Shown here: one piece after another, positions 36,031-45,253 of the stretch
How the letters are laid out: the number at the start of each line of letters is the position of its first letter
Position numbering within the stretch: position 1 is the stretch's first letter
DNA from: Vampirovibrio sp.
Lineage (GTDB): Bacteria; Cyanobacteriota; Vampirovibrionia; Vampirovibrionales; JAJTHC01
Reading direction: 5' to 3'
DNA: 64,000 nt
NCBI GenBank assembly: GCA_050916035.1
Contig: CP050876.1
Location: 700,727 to 764,726 of the forward strand
Made by a program: the position numbers and the translations under genes
The notes under the pieces: model-generated
Seen by the model: only the letters and a program-made list of their open reading frames with translations
The model's database searches: none
Told to the model about the DNA's origin: nothing

Positions 36031-36230
36031 ATCTTTAAATCCTATGTCTTTTAGCTGTCCTTTAGCGTCTTCTTATACGCATAAAAACAAGGGACGGCCT
36101 TTTTTGTGCTAAGTGCAATAAAAAATCCTCTTAAACAAAAGGGCTGAGAGAAAAGTTTCTAGCGTTTTCTTTCTTTTTTTTATAGAATAGAGACTCTTAT
36201 TGAAGTAAAAATGCGTTAACGCAAAGGCGA

Positions 36231-37247
36231 GTGGCCATGACTTTTTCCCCTTCCCCTTTAATGACGACTCGAAAAGCCCATTTAATGCAGGACATTGACA
36301 CCTTAAAGCAAACGCGTCACGCGGTGATTTTGGCGCATGTCTACGAACGCTTGGAGGTTCAAGATTTGGCCGATTTTAGAGGGGATTCCCTCGGCCTGAG
36401 TCGGCAAGCCGCCTCGACAGAAGCGGAGGTGATTGTCTTTTGTGGGGTTCACTTTATGGCAGAAACGGCCAAGCTATTGAGCCCTGAAAAAACGGTGTAT
36501 TTAGCCAATCCTCATGCAGGCTGCCCTATGGCGGATATGATTACCGCGGAGCAGCTTCGCGCCTTTAAGGCGCAATATCCCGCCACACCCGTGGTAGCTT
36601 ATGTCAATACCAGTGCAGAAGTTAAAGCGGAAAGTGATATTTGTTGTACCAGTGCCAATGCGGTGGATGTGGTTCGCTCTTTGAAGGCGTCTCGGGTTTT
36701 GTTTGTCCCAGACAAACATTTAGGGGCCTATGTACAGAGTCAATTGCCAGAACTTGAAATTATTTGTTGGGATGGCTTTTGTCCCACCCACCTTCGCATT
36801 GAGTTGGAAGATTTAAAAGCCCTTCAGGCCAAGCATCCGCAGGCTTTAACGTTGGTGCATCCTGAATGTGATGAAGCAGTGAAAGCTTTAGCGCATTATA
36901 TTGGTTCGACCACAGGCATTTTAGAACAAGCGATGGTGTGTAACGCCTTTGAGTTTATTATTTGTACGGAAGATGGGGTCGCGCAACGTTTGATTCAAGA
37001 TTTTCCCCATAAATCTTTTTATACGCCGTCTCGTCAACAGGCCTTATGTCCCAATATGAAAATGACGCGTTTGGAAAATGTGCATCGTGCCTTGCTTGGC
37101 GAGGTGGAAGCCATTGAAATTGCACCCGACATTTTTGAAAAAGCACGTCAAAGTATTGACAAAATGCTTGCGGTACCGATTACGGAAAGTCAAGTGGGAC
37201 AAGGGTCTGCCGCTTGCCGATGCAAATCTACGCCTGTTTTGGTCTAA
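36231..37247 (+). CDS. nadA: Quinolinate synthase NadA
   Basis: ILAHVYERLEVQDLADFRGDSL, FCGVHFMAETAKLL, VAYVNTSAEVKAESDICCTSANA, HPEC. The ATG at 36237 is probably the true start. Confidence 0.9.
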   Translation: MAMTFSPSPLMTTRKAHLMQDIDTLKQTRHAVILAHVYERLEVQDLADFRGDSLGLSRQAASTEAEVIVFCGVHFMAETAKLLSPEKTVYLANPHAGCPMADMITAEQLRAFKAQYPATPVVAYVNTSAEVKAESDICCTSANAVDVVRSLKASRVLFVPDKHLGAYVQSQLPELEIICWDGFCPTHLRIELEDLKALQAKHPQALTLVHPECDEAVKALAHYIGSTTGILEQAMVCNAFEFIICTEDGVAQRLIQDFPHKSFYTPSRQQALCPNMKMTRLENVHRALLGEVEAIEIAPDIFEKARQSIDKMLAVPITESQVGQGSAACRCKSTPVLV

Positions 37248-37250
37248 GTC

Positions 37251-40200
37251 ATGTCTGTACACGCCCTTCAGCAGCTCACGGTGGTGGAAGGGAATCCTCT
37301 CTTTTTAAAAGGCCATGCGCTAGAGGCTTGGATTTTAGAAGCGTGGCAGCGCCAAGCGGCCTTGTCGGAAAAAACCCTTATAATCGTTCGTCATACGCAT
37401 GAAGAAAAGGCCTTACAAAACGCCTTGTGCCAAGGCTGGTCTGCTCCTTTGCATCGCTTGCCTGTGTATACCTTTAATGGTTTGATTCGCCATATTGTTC
37501 AGCGCTTATGGCCTTTTGCGGAACTTAAATTACAGGAGTCCTTTCCCCAGTCGCTGAAGTGGGCCCAATGGCAAGCCGATTTGGTGGGACTCGAAGAAAG
37601 TGAACGACTGTTTCAGTTGATTTTAAGTACGCAAAAAGAGACAGAAGCCTACCAAAACTTGAAATTAGATGAAGCCTCTTTGATTCGGCAATTGATTCGA
37701 CGCCAACGTTTGCGTGCGGAACAACGCTTGACCCGCGTTCAAATGCAAGCCATGGATGGCGTGCTGAACCTGCCTAATAGGGAATGGATTCATCGTCTTG
37801 AACAACATTTTGATCAACAAAGTCTCGCCTTGCGTTACTTAGATTCTACCAAGCAAATCGATGTGGCCTTGGGCCTACTAGAAGCAAATCCTGAGTATTT
37901 TCAGTATTTGGAACTTCAGCCTGATTTATTGATTTGGACGGATGCGGATGAAAGCACCCCTGCGGAACAGGCGTTGATTCGTATTTTGTCTTCGCATGCT
38001 CAGGCCATTCATGTCACTTGGGACGCCCGCGGCGGCGCCCGACGAGGATACTTAAACGCCGATATTGAAGGGGCCAAGGCCTTAATTGAAGCGTGGAAAG
38101 ATCAAGCGCAGGAATTTTGCCTCCTGCAGGACAGCTCTACAGAGGCTTCACCGAGGGCGTTGGGGGATCTTTTATGTGATGTGCTTGTGGGAGAGGCCCT
38201 CCCCATGGATGCCTTGGCAGAGAGCACCCCGCGCTTAAACCTACATGCGCCTCAACGTAGCTTGATTGAAATGTGGCAGGCCGTCACCGATCTATTAACC
38301 ACTTTACCCCCTGAAGAGGTTTTGATTGTCCTACCCGAACTCAATGCCTTAACTTTGAGTCCGCTTCGTGCTTTTTTTCAGGCTCAAGGGATTCCCTTTC
38401 AAATTTTAAGTGGTACGCAACGCCCTGTGGATCTGTGGCAAGGACGCGTTTTTTTACTCTTGATTCAATGTCTACGGAGCCACGAATGGGGCTTGCCGCT
38501 CAGTCGTTTTGAATGGCGTAATCTCTTTACCACGTGCTTGAATTTACACCAGTATGACGCTCAGGCTTTAGACGCCTTTGCTGATTTTGTGACCCAACAG
38601 GCCATGCAAGCCTTGGCTCAAGGCAAGGCAGGTCATGCGAGTCTCCCCCTTGAGATTCCAGAAGACTTACTCACGCACCCTAGCAGTCGTGAACGTTACC
38701 AAATCTTTCGTGACGCTTTAGAAGGCTTGGCGGATGCGTCTGTTGAAGCACAACTTTTGGCGATTTCACAGCGTTGGATTTATCCTCACTTACAGGAAGG
38801 GGAAGCGGACACTGCCCTTCAATTAATTTTTAGAAGCTGGCAACGGCACCGAGACATGCTCACCCGTCTCAATCAACCCCTTGAAGAAGGGGGACGGCAA
38901 TGGCTTTGGCAAGCCAAATATGGGCAGGTGGCGGATACGGCGGATTCGCCTAAGGCTTTAAATCCAGAAGCTTTATGGGTGGCGTCTCCTCAAAAAGTGG
39001 TGGATTTTAAACTCCAGCGGCCGTATCAGTTGTGGTTGGATGTTCAAAACCCGCGTTGGAGCAAGACGGATGAAGCCCCGCTCTACCATACCGCTTTACA
39101 TTCTCCACAAGGTTGGCAACGCATTGAGCAGGCCAAGGAAGAAAAGCATCCTTTAGATTTGTTGAGCTTAACCGAACGACAACGCCGAGAACGCGCGGGC
39201 CATTTACTGCGGAAAGTCGTGTTTGCCGCGGGTCAAGCGCTCCATATTTTTTCATCGGAATTGGACCTTGAAGGTCGAGAATATGCGCAACAGCATCCCC
39301 TTTTATATCAAGCACTGACGCAAAACTTAAGTCCTCTCTTGGAAAAACCTCAGTTAAATGCGATTGCTCTAGCGCCTTTACGTGCGGATCAAGAAGTCGT
39401 CTTGACCTATTCGGGGGGTACCATGGCCATTAGTGCGGTTCCTGGGGCAGGGAAGACTTTTGTGACGGTGGAACTCATTTTGTCTCTGATTAAAAAAGGC
39501 AGGTCTCCGTCTGAAATTTTAGTGCTGACTTACATGGAATCGGCGGCGCGAACGCTATTGAGTCGATTAAAACCTAAGTTGGCTGCCGCAGGTATGACCC
39601 AAGTCCCCATGGTGTGTACCATTCATGCCTTGGCTTTTAAAATTTTAAGTGAGCCTGCCCATGCCCGCCACATTGGCTTAGATGCCAATACCTTTCGCAT
39701 GATTGATGAAATAGAAGCCGATGCCTTGCAAAAACAAGCGGCGATTGAGGTGTATCCCTTGGCAAGCACGCAAGAGGATCTGAGTGTAGAGGCGTGGCAA
39801 CGCATTTTAATACAGGCCATTCGTCATGCCAAAAGTCTTGAATTGACCTGGGTGGATTTATTAGAAGATGCGGAAACCCTAAACAATACACGACTTAAGG
39901 CCATGGGCTTGGGGATGAAGGCGTATCAACACAGTTTAGAAGCACGTAATGCCTTGGATTTTACGGATTTAATCGTGTACGCGGTGCAATTGTTGGACGC
40001 TCACCCTGAGGTTCGTGCGTTTTATCAAGCCCAATATCAGGTGATTATTGAAGATGAAGCGCAGGATTCATCTCAACTACTTCAACGTTTTTTAAATTTA
40101 TTGGGAGGAGACAGCCCCCACTTGGTTCGCTGTGGAGATACCAATCAATCGATTACCACGACCTTTAGTAGCGCAGAACCAGAGGTTTTTCGCTCGTTTA

Positions 40201-41543
40201 TGGCCCAAGCTCAGGCTCACGTTCGTATGACGCAGAGTAGCCGATGCGCGGTAGAAATTATGCAGGTGGCGAATCAATGGATTCAGCATACTCAGCAAAA
40301 GGGTCATCCCTTGGCGGAGGCTTTTTTGCCTGCGTGCATGGAAGGGGTGGCGACTTTGAATCCCCCTTTGGCGGAACCTCTTCGTGCAGAAGTATTTCCA
40401 AGCCAAGCGGAAGAAATGCAGGCCTTAATTGCTTCTGTGTTAGAGATTCAAGCCCGTTATCCCTACGCGCGTTGTGCGATTTTATTACGCTATAATCGAG
40501 ACGTGCTTACCGTTAGTCAACAATTATTGGAACGTGGCATTCCCGCCTTGTCGATGACGGAACGCCTGCCAAGTCTTCAAGTCTTTAAATTGGTGGAAGC
40601 ATGGCTTGGGGTTTTACTCTACGGTGAAACAGCACAGGCTCGTTTGGCGTGGCTTTATGCCTTAAAGGAAGCCCATGTCTATGACTTACACACGCTAGAA
40701 GAAGAATCGTTCAAAGCCTTGAGGGATCTTTTGGCCTCTCTCCCTCTTTTCGCTTTACCGCTTGTCGAAGTGACGACCTTGCCCACGGCGTTACAAGATT
40801 TATATCGGGATTGGCATCACTTTCAGCATGAGTTTCTTCAACGGGATTTACCGTCTTGTCTCTTGGATTTGGTCAAGCATTACATGCCTAGTGTTTTGGA
40901 TCAATGCAACGGTGTTTTATGTGCCTTACATGCCCAGCGGATTCTGCAACGTTATGGATGGGAAAGGGTTCCTTTGGAAGCGGTACAGCTGAATCTTTTG
41001 AACGCCTTTCATGCCGTGTCTCCCCTTGAAGTGGTGCATCAACATTTTAAGACGCTGACGGCGAGTCGACGTAATGTTCAACTGTTTACGGAAGAATTGC
41101 TTAATCCCCCACCAGTCAGTGCCCAAGGCCTTGAAACGCCTCCGCTTCAAGTCATGACTTTACATAAGTCTAAAGGCATGGAATTTGATTTTGTGTGGAT
41201 GCCCGCTTTAACGCAAGCCCATTTCCCAGATCACTTGGAACAAATTCGTATGGGGGACACTGAAAAAGCCTTAATTGGGATTCAACGACTCGCCAAGCAA
41301 CGCCATCATCCTCAGGTTCCGCTGGCTCCTTTGGCCGCAGATATCGAAGCCTTTAAACGGCAACATTTAGAAGAAGAAGCGCGCCTGCTTTATGTGGGTG
41401 TGACCCGTGCCATGAAAGGTTTATTTTTGTCTGCGCATGTGCAATACCGTAATGCCTTTCATAGGCTTCAAAAAACACAGCCTACAGAAGCCTTCACGCT
41501 TATTCAAGCATGGCTTAAAAGCCCGTCAGGGGGACCTTTATAA
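37251..41543 (+). CDS. UvrD/Rep/AddA-family SF1 helicase with a ~700-aa N-terminal extension and no nuclease domain of its own
   Basis: All helicase motifs lie in the C-terminal half: AVPGAGKTF (I), TYMESAARTL (Ia), IIEDEAQD (II), CGDTNQSI (III), MTLHKSKGMEFDFVWMP (V), EEARLLYVGVTRAMKGL (VI). The N-terminal half has no intact Walker A. Confidence 0.8.
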   Translation: MSVHALQQLTVVEGNPLFLKGHALEAWILEAWQRQAALSEKTLIIVRHTHEEKALQNALCQGWSAPLHRLPVYTFNGLIRHIVQRLWPFAELKLQESFPQSLKWAQWQADLVGLEESERLFQLILSTQKETEAYQNLKLDEASLIRQLIRRQRLRAEQRLTRVQMQAMDGVLNLPNREWIHRLEQHFDQQSLALRYLDSTKQIDVALGLLEANPEYFQYLELQPDLLIWTDADESTPAEQALIRILSSHAQAIHVTWDARGGARRGYLNADIEGAKALIEAWKDQAQEFCLLQDSSTEASPRALGDLLCDVLVGEALPMDALAESTPRLNLHAPQRSLIEMWQAVTDLLTTLPPEEVLIVLPELNALTLSPLRAFFQAQGIPFQILSGTQRPVDLWQGRVFLLLIQCLRSHEWGLPLSRFEWRNLFTTCLNLHQYDAQALDAFADFVTQQAMQALAQGKAGHASLPLEIPEDLLTHPSSRERYQIFRDALEGLADASVEAQLLAISQRWIYPHLQEGEADTALQLIFRSWQRHRDMLTRLNQPLEEGGRQWLWQAKYGQVADTADSPKALNPEALWVASPQKVVDFKLQRPYQLWLDVQNPRWSKTDEAPLYHTALHSPQGWQRIEQAKEEKHPLDLLSLTERQRRERAGHLLRKVVFAAGQALHIFSSELDLEGREYAQQHPLLYQALTQNLSPLLEKPQLNAIALAPLRADQEVVLTYSGGTMAISAVPGAGKTFVTVELILSLIKKGRSPSEILVLTYMESAARTLLSRLKPKLAAAGMTQVPMVCTIHALAFKILSEPAHARHIGLDANTFRMIDEIEADALQKQAAIEVYPLASTQEDLSVEAWQRILIQAIRHAKSLELTWVDLLEDAETLNNTRLKAMGLGMKAYQHSLEARNALDFTDLIVYAVQLLDAHPEVRAFYQAQYQVIIEDEAQDSSQLLQRFLNLLGGDSPHLVRCGDTNQSITTTFSSAEPEVFRSFMAQAQAHVRMTQSSRCAVEIMQVANQWIQHTQQKGHPLAEAFLPACMEGVATLNPPLAEPLRAEVFPSQAEEMQALIASVLEIQARYPYARCAILLRYNRDVLTVSQQLLERGIPALSMTERLPSLQVFKLVEAWLGVLLYGETAQARLAWLYALKEAHVYDLHTLEEESFKALRDLLASLPLFALPLVEVTTLPTALQDLYRDWHHFQHEFLQRDLPSCLLDLVKHYMPSVLDQCNGVLCALHAQRILQRYGWERVPLEAVQLNLLNAFHAVSPLEVVHQHFKTLTASRRNVQLFTEELLNPPPVSAQGLETPPLQVMTLHKSKGMEFDFVWMPALTQAHFPDHLEQIRMGDTEKALIGIQRLAKQRHHPQVPLAPLAADIEAFKRQHLEEEARLLYVGVTRAMKGLFLSAHVQYRNAFHRLQKTQPTEAFTLIQAWLKSPSGGPL

Positions 41544-42388
41544 TGTCTGCGTCGTTGGCTTATTTAAACCCCAGTGTTCAAGAGCCTTGGTGGCTTTCGG
41601 TGAATCATTTGAAAGAATGGGAGAAGTGTCCCAAACAGTTTTATTATAAAACCGTTTTAAAGCAACGTTGTATTAGTGATGAACGTAATTTTGAATTGGG
41701 GAAAACGGTTCATGCCTTGATGGATTTACAGGCCAAGGGACTCCCTTATGCCCACTTGGAAGTCGGGCTTAGCCCTAAGATTCGTTCGCATTTTCAAGCG
41801 TTACGGGAGCACCCTTTGGCGAAAGTTCCTACCCTTGCCAGTGAATATGCCTTTTATGTTCCGTTTCAATCCGCGGGTTTACCGCCTATTTTCTTAACAG
41901 GGCGCGTGGACCGTATTAGTGAAGTTCAGGGACGATTGGCGCTGATTGATTGGAAAACAGGCACGGCAGTCCCCCCCGACTATCCCAACGCGTGGCAAAC
42001 GCGTTTATACGCTTACGCGATTTGGAGGCTCTTGCAGGCCAATCCTCACGCCTTTGGGGATTCACGGCCTATGAAGGCGCTGTCTTTGCCCTTTATGTTT
42101 TATTATGTGGAGGTGCGTTTAAACCGAATGCCCCATGTGAAGGACTATGCGGTGGAGATGGATGCGACGTATTTGGCAGAAACAGAAGCTTTATTAACTC
42201 AACAGATTCAAAAAATCTTGGCGGAACGTCATTTCCCGTTGCCGAAGGCGTGTCCGGATCGATACTGTCCCTTTAATCGTGTTTGTGGGATTGAACCTAA
42301 AACGGAGAGTCCTTTATGGGAATTGCCAGAAGCGTTGGTTTTAGAACCACAACACGCGACTAGGGACGATCCGTTTGATCTGTTTTAG
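41543..42388 (+). CDS. PD-(D/E)XK nuclease with Cas4/AddB-type 4-Cys (Fe-S) arrangement
   Basis: WEKCPKQFYYK (first Cys), GRVDRI...LIDWKTG (D...D/E-x-K core), C-terminal CPDRYCPFNRVC. Its start ATG overlaps the helicase stop by 1 nt (TAATG). Confidence 0.8.
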   Translation: MSASLAYLNPSVQEPWWLSVNHLKEWEKCPKQFYYKTVLKQRCISDERNFELGKTVHALMDLQAKGLPYAHLEVGLSPKIRSHFQALREHPLAKVPTLASEYAFYVPFQSAGLPPIFLTGRVDRISEVQGRLALIDWKTGTAVPPDYPNAWQTRLYAYAIWRLLQANPHAFGDSRPMKALSLPFMFYYVEVRLNRMPHVKDYAVEMDATYLAETEALLTQQIQKILAERHFPLPKACPDRYCPFNRVCGIEPKTESPLWELPEALVLEPQHATRDDPFDLF

Positions 42389-42437
42389 GGGAAAAAATAA
42401 TAGGCTCTCTCACCAAACGGCAGCCGTATTGTCAAGG

Positions 42438-42796
42438 CAGACGTCAACGCAAAAATGCGAGGCTTCCGAGACATTTTGCGGACGTCGTGTAAAGCAATGA
42501 TGCGAGGAGGTGGGGACAAAAACTTCTTATTCACGAAGTGAATCTACTCCTTTAGGAAGGAGAGGTTGGGAGAGGAAACCAACGGTTTTCTTTCCCAAGA
42601 GAAAAAGTCAAAGCTTTTTCGACTCTAGGGGGGATTTTCAAGGGGGGACGAAGGGGAGGAGAAACGCAATGCGTCCTACCCCGTCCCCCCTTGAACGGAT
42701 TTAGAGGTGTTGGAGACCTTTTTCCGAGAAAAGGTCTCTGACGGAACAAGCTCAAAACTAAAACGAGAACTCTAGGGCTTAGTCTTCCCGCATGAT
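42438..42796 (+). repeat. Modular hairpin repeat, copy B (carries an extra ~111-bp module at 42517-42627)
   Basis: Same module 1, hairpin 2, hairpin 3 (loop tccgag) and tail as copy A, with extra sequence between ...ggtgggga and ggggggatttt. Confidence 0.85.
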
Positions 42797-42808
42797 GATG
42801 AGGAGGCA

Positions 42809-42850
42809 TAAAAAAAGAGGACCCCGTATAGACGGAACGTCCTCTTTTTT
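42809..42850. terminator. Bidirectional intrinsic terminator downstream of rpsT
   Basis: aaaaaaAGAGGACcccgtatagacggaacGTCCTCTttttt. Stem flanked by an A-run and a T-run. Confidence 0.7.
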
Positions 42851-42899
42851 ATCAATGGCTTTGTATCACCATTTTATTTTTTCCAGAATAAGGTATAGT

Positions 42900-43175
42900 C
42901 TAAACGGCTTGTGCGTTTCGTTCAATTAAACCAAATAAACGAGACTTGTCTCTCGCCCCTTTGTTGGGTTTGAAAATCTTTTTAGACACCGCACGGTCAA
43001 TCAAACTTTGTGCAAATTGAAAAGCGCTTTGAATGTCTTCTGCAGAGGCTTGTGTACTTACCAAAGCGTGTACTTTTTTAATGGAAGTACGCACGGACGC
43101 TTTGTACGCACTGTTGCGCAAGCGGTTGCGCTCATTGACATCGATCCGTTTCCGAGAACCTTTACTATTGGCCAT
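42900..43175 (-). CDS. rpsT: 30S ribosomal protein S20
   Basis: MANSKGSRKRIDVNERNRLRNSAYKASVRTSIKKV...IDRAVSKKIFKPNKGARDKSRL. Typical S20 sequence and size. Confidence 0.9.
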   Translation of the reverse strand: MANSKGSRKRIDVNERNRLRNSAYKASVRTSIKKVHALVSTQASAEDIQSAFQFAQSLIDRAVSKKIFKPNKGARDKSRLFGLIERNAQAV

Positions 43176-43468
43176 AAGTAGTCATCCTAATTGTTTAAAT
43201 ACACTTCTAAAATACAGCCATGAACTTGTGAACGATTGTTTTGACACGCCGACGTTAAAGGGGAACTTTCACATCGTCAACAATACGCAAGACTCATGAA
43301 GTATTACACATAACAACTGTTGAGGTATGTTTATTTTAAGGCATCCATATAAAATAACAAGTGTTCTGTTACGTTTTGTGTCTTTCAGGTGGGCTGCAGG
43401 ATAGTCCTTAAAGATTTTCCACCTTTCGGCTATACTGGTGGTGTTTTATAAAAGAAGGAGATTTTCGC

Positions 43469-44473
43469 TTGTCCGCTATCCCTGAACTCCCCTTGAGTTA
43501 TGAATTTAAGTTTAATTGCCCGCAGGATTTGTGTGACTATGCTGGTGAATTGTGTTGGGGTTTAGCGGAGGTAGATTCAGTCATGCTCCATTACGTGACC
43601 AATGCAGACTTTGTGGAAGTCCCTTATGCGGTTTCGGTCTTTACGCATCAGGCGGGACTGGAACCCATTTTACGTGGCGTGTTGGAAGCGGATGATTTAC
43701 TGAACCCAACCCCTTGTTTTGAAGTATTGACGCACGCCGAAGCAGACTGGGCGGAAGCATGGAAGCGGCATTGGGATGTGGATACGGTGATTGAGAATCA
43801 ATTGACGATTTGTCCCACATGGAAGTCTTATACCCCTGTGTCGGGGGAAGTGGTGTTGACGCTGGACCCTGGTTCAGCCTTTGGAACAGGGGCGCATGAA
43901 ACGACGCGCTTAATGTTAGAGCGTTTGGCGGCATGGGATCAAACGTGTTCTTTAGAGGGTAAGCGTGTCTTGGATTTGGGTTGTGGTTCGGGTGTGTTGG
44001 GGATTTATGCGGCTAAGTTAGGGGCATCGGATGTTTTGGGCTTGGATATTGATCCTATTGCGGTAAAGGTGTCTCAAGCCAATGCTCAGCTCAATGAGGT
44101 CGACGGCGTTTGTCATTTTGACGCCACACCCCTTGCCGAAATTTCCTTGGGGGAAAAGCCATTATTTTCTTTGATTTTGGCCAATATTTTAGGTCCTGTC
44201 ATTATTGAATTATTGCCCGATATACTCAGGCAACTGGCCCCTGAAGGGCGTTTGATTTGCTCAGGCTTGATTGAACCGAGTTGTAAGGAGCTGCGGGAGG
44301 TCTTAGCGCGTTACGGTTTGGTGGATTTAAAATCGACTCAACTGAATCAATGGTTTAGTTTAGAAGGCACGTATCGCTCGGTTGACCGTCCTATAGATCG
44401 CTTGAGTCACTCGTCTAGTGATGTTCCTGTGGAGGGGTCTCTCAGTACCCGTGACATTTTACGATCCGAATAA
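43469..44473 (+). CDS. prmA: Ribosomal protein L11 methyltransferase PrmA
   Basis: LTLDPGSAFGTGAHETTRLMLERL, VLDLGCGSGVLGIYAAKLGA, LGLDIDP, ANIL. Confidence 0.85.
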   Translation: MSAIPELPLSYEFKFNCPQDLCDYAGELCWGLAEVDSVMLHYVTNADFVEVPYAVSVFTHQAGLEPILRGVLEADDLLNPTPCFEVLTHAEADWAEAWKRHWDVDTVIENQLTICPTWKSYTPVSGEVVLTLDPGSAFGTGAHETTRLMLERLAAWDQTCSLEGKRVLDLGCGSGVLGIYAAKLGASDVLGLDIDPIAVKVSQANAQLNEVDGVCHFDATPLAEISLGEKPLFSLILANILGPVIIELLPDILRQLAPEGRLICSGLIEPSCKELREVLARYGLVDLKSTQLNQWFSLEGTYRSVDRPIDRLSHSSSDVPVEGSLSTRDILRSE

Positions 44474-44482
44474 GGTTGATCA

Positions 44483-45253
44483 TTGATGATGGCACACGTC
44501 AAACGACTGTTTTTACCTTCTTCTTCCCTACCTTGGCAGACCCAAGACACGTGGGTGTTGGAGGATGCCGAAACGCTTCATCATTTGGTGAGCGTCCAAC
44601 GTTTGAAACGATATGATACGGTTGTGGCGGTGGATTTAGAACAACGGCAAGTCTTTGAAGCACGGGTCCTTCAGGTGGATAAAAAAGCGATTACCTTGTC
44701 GGATATTCACCGTCGTGTGGAGTCAGACACCACGCCACAGGTTCAAGTGACTTTATATGCGAGCGTCTTAAAAGAACAGGCATGGGATGTACTCCTTCAA
44801 AAAGCCAGTGAGTTGGGCGTCCACCGTATTCAGCCCATGGTCACCGCCCATGGGGTGGTGCCTCTTTCACATGTGGCGTCTAAAATGAATCGTTGGCAAC
44901 GCATTTTAAGAGACGCCGCCTTACAATGTGAAAGTCTTTATATCCCCGAATTACTCGCGCCCCAACGCTTAGAAGACCTGTGGAATGCTCCCACCAACAC
45001 GCCGTCTTGGGTGTTGATGGAACGGAGTCATGATGATTTCCCTCATTTACAGGGAGCGCTCCACGCTGCGGAGCCTTCGACAGTCGCCCATTTGTGGGTA
45101 GGACCTGAAGGCGGCTGGTCGGCGGATGAAAAAGAACAGTTTCAAAGGCATCCCCTTTGTCGTCCTTGTCATTTGAATGCACGTATTTTAAGAGCAGAAA
45201 CGGCCGCCTTGGTTGGCTTAACGCTTCTGCTTCATGGGAAAGGAAGGGCCTAA
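44483..45253 (+). CDS. rsmE: 16S rRNA m3U1498 methyltransferase RsmE
   Basis: HHLVSVQRLKRYD, LYASVLKEQAWDVLLQKASELGV, VGPEGGWSADE, RILRAETA. Confidence 0.85.
   Translation: MMMAHVKRLFLPSSSLPWQTQDTWVLEDAETLHHLVSVQRLKRYDTVVAVDLEQRQVFEARVLQVDKKAITLSDIHRRVESDTTPQVQVTLYASVLKEQAWDVLLQKASELGVHRIQPMVTAHGVVPLSHVASKMNRWQRILRDAALQCESLYIPELLAPQRLEDLWNAPTNTPSWVLMERSHDDFPHLQGALHAAEPSTVAHLWVGPEGGWSADEKEQFQRHPLCRPCHLNARILRAETAALVGLTLLLHGKGRA

Noticed and set aside
42510-42704. 64-aa ORF ending ...GDFQGGTKGRRNAMRPTPSPLERI, which shares this tail with ORF 52068-52391
   Set aside because: The shared peptide is the translation of the conserved hairpin-2 region of the interspersed repeat. The upstream parts of the two ORFs are unrelated and there is no RBS. 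The nucleotide identity is explained by the repeat itself, not by a coding constraint.
45157-45252. Upstream start (45157) for the CCA/poly(A) polymerase-family gene
   Set aside because: It overlaps the rsmE 3' end in another frame. The ATG at 45253 (MSFFDPLW...) gives TAATG coupling and a normal N-terminus.
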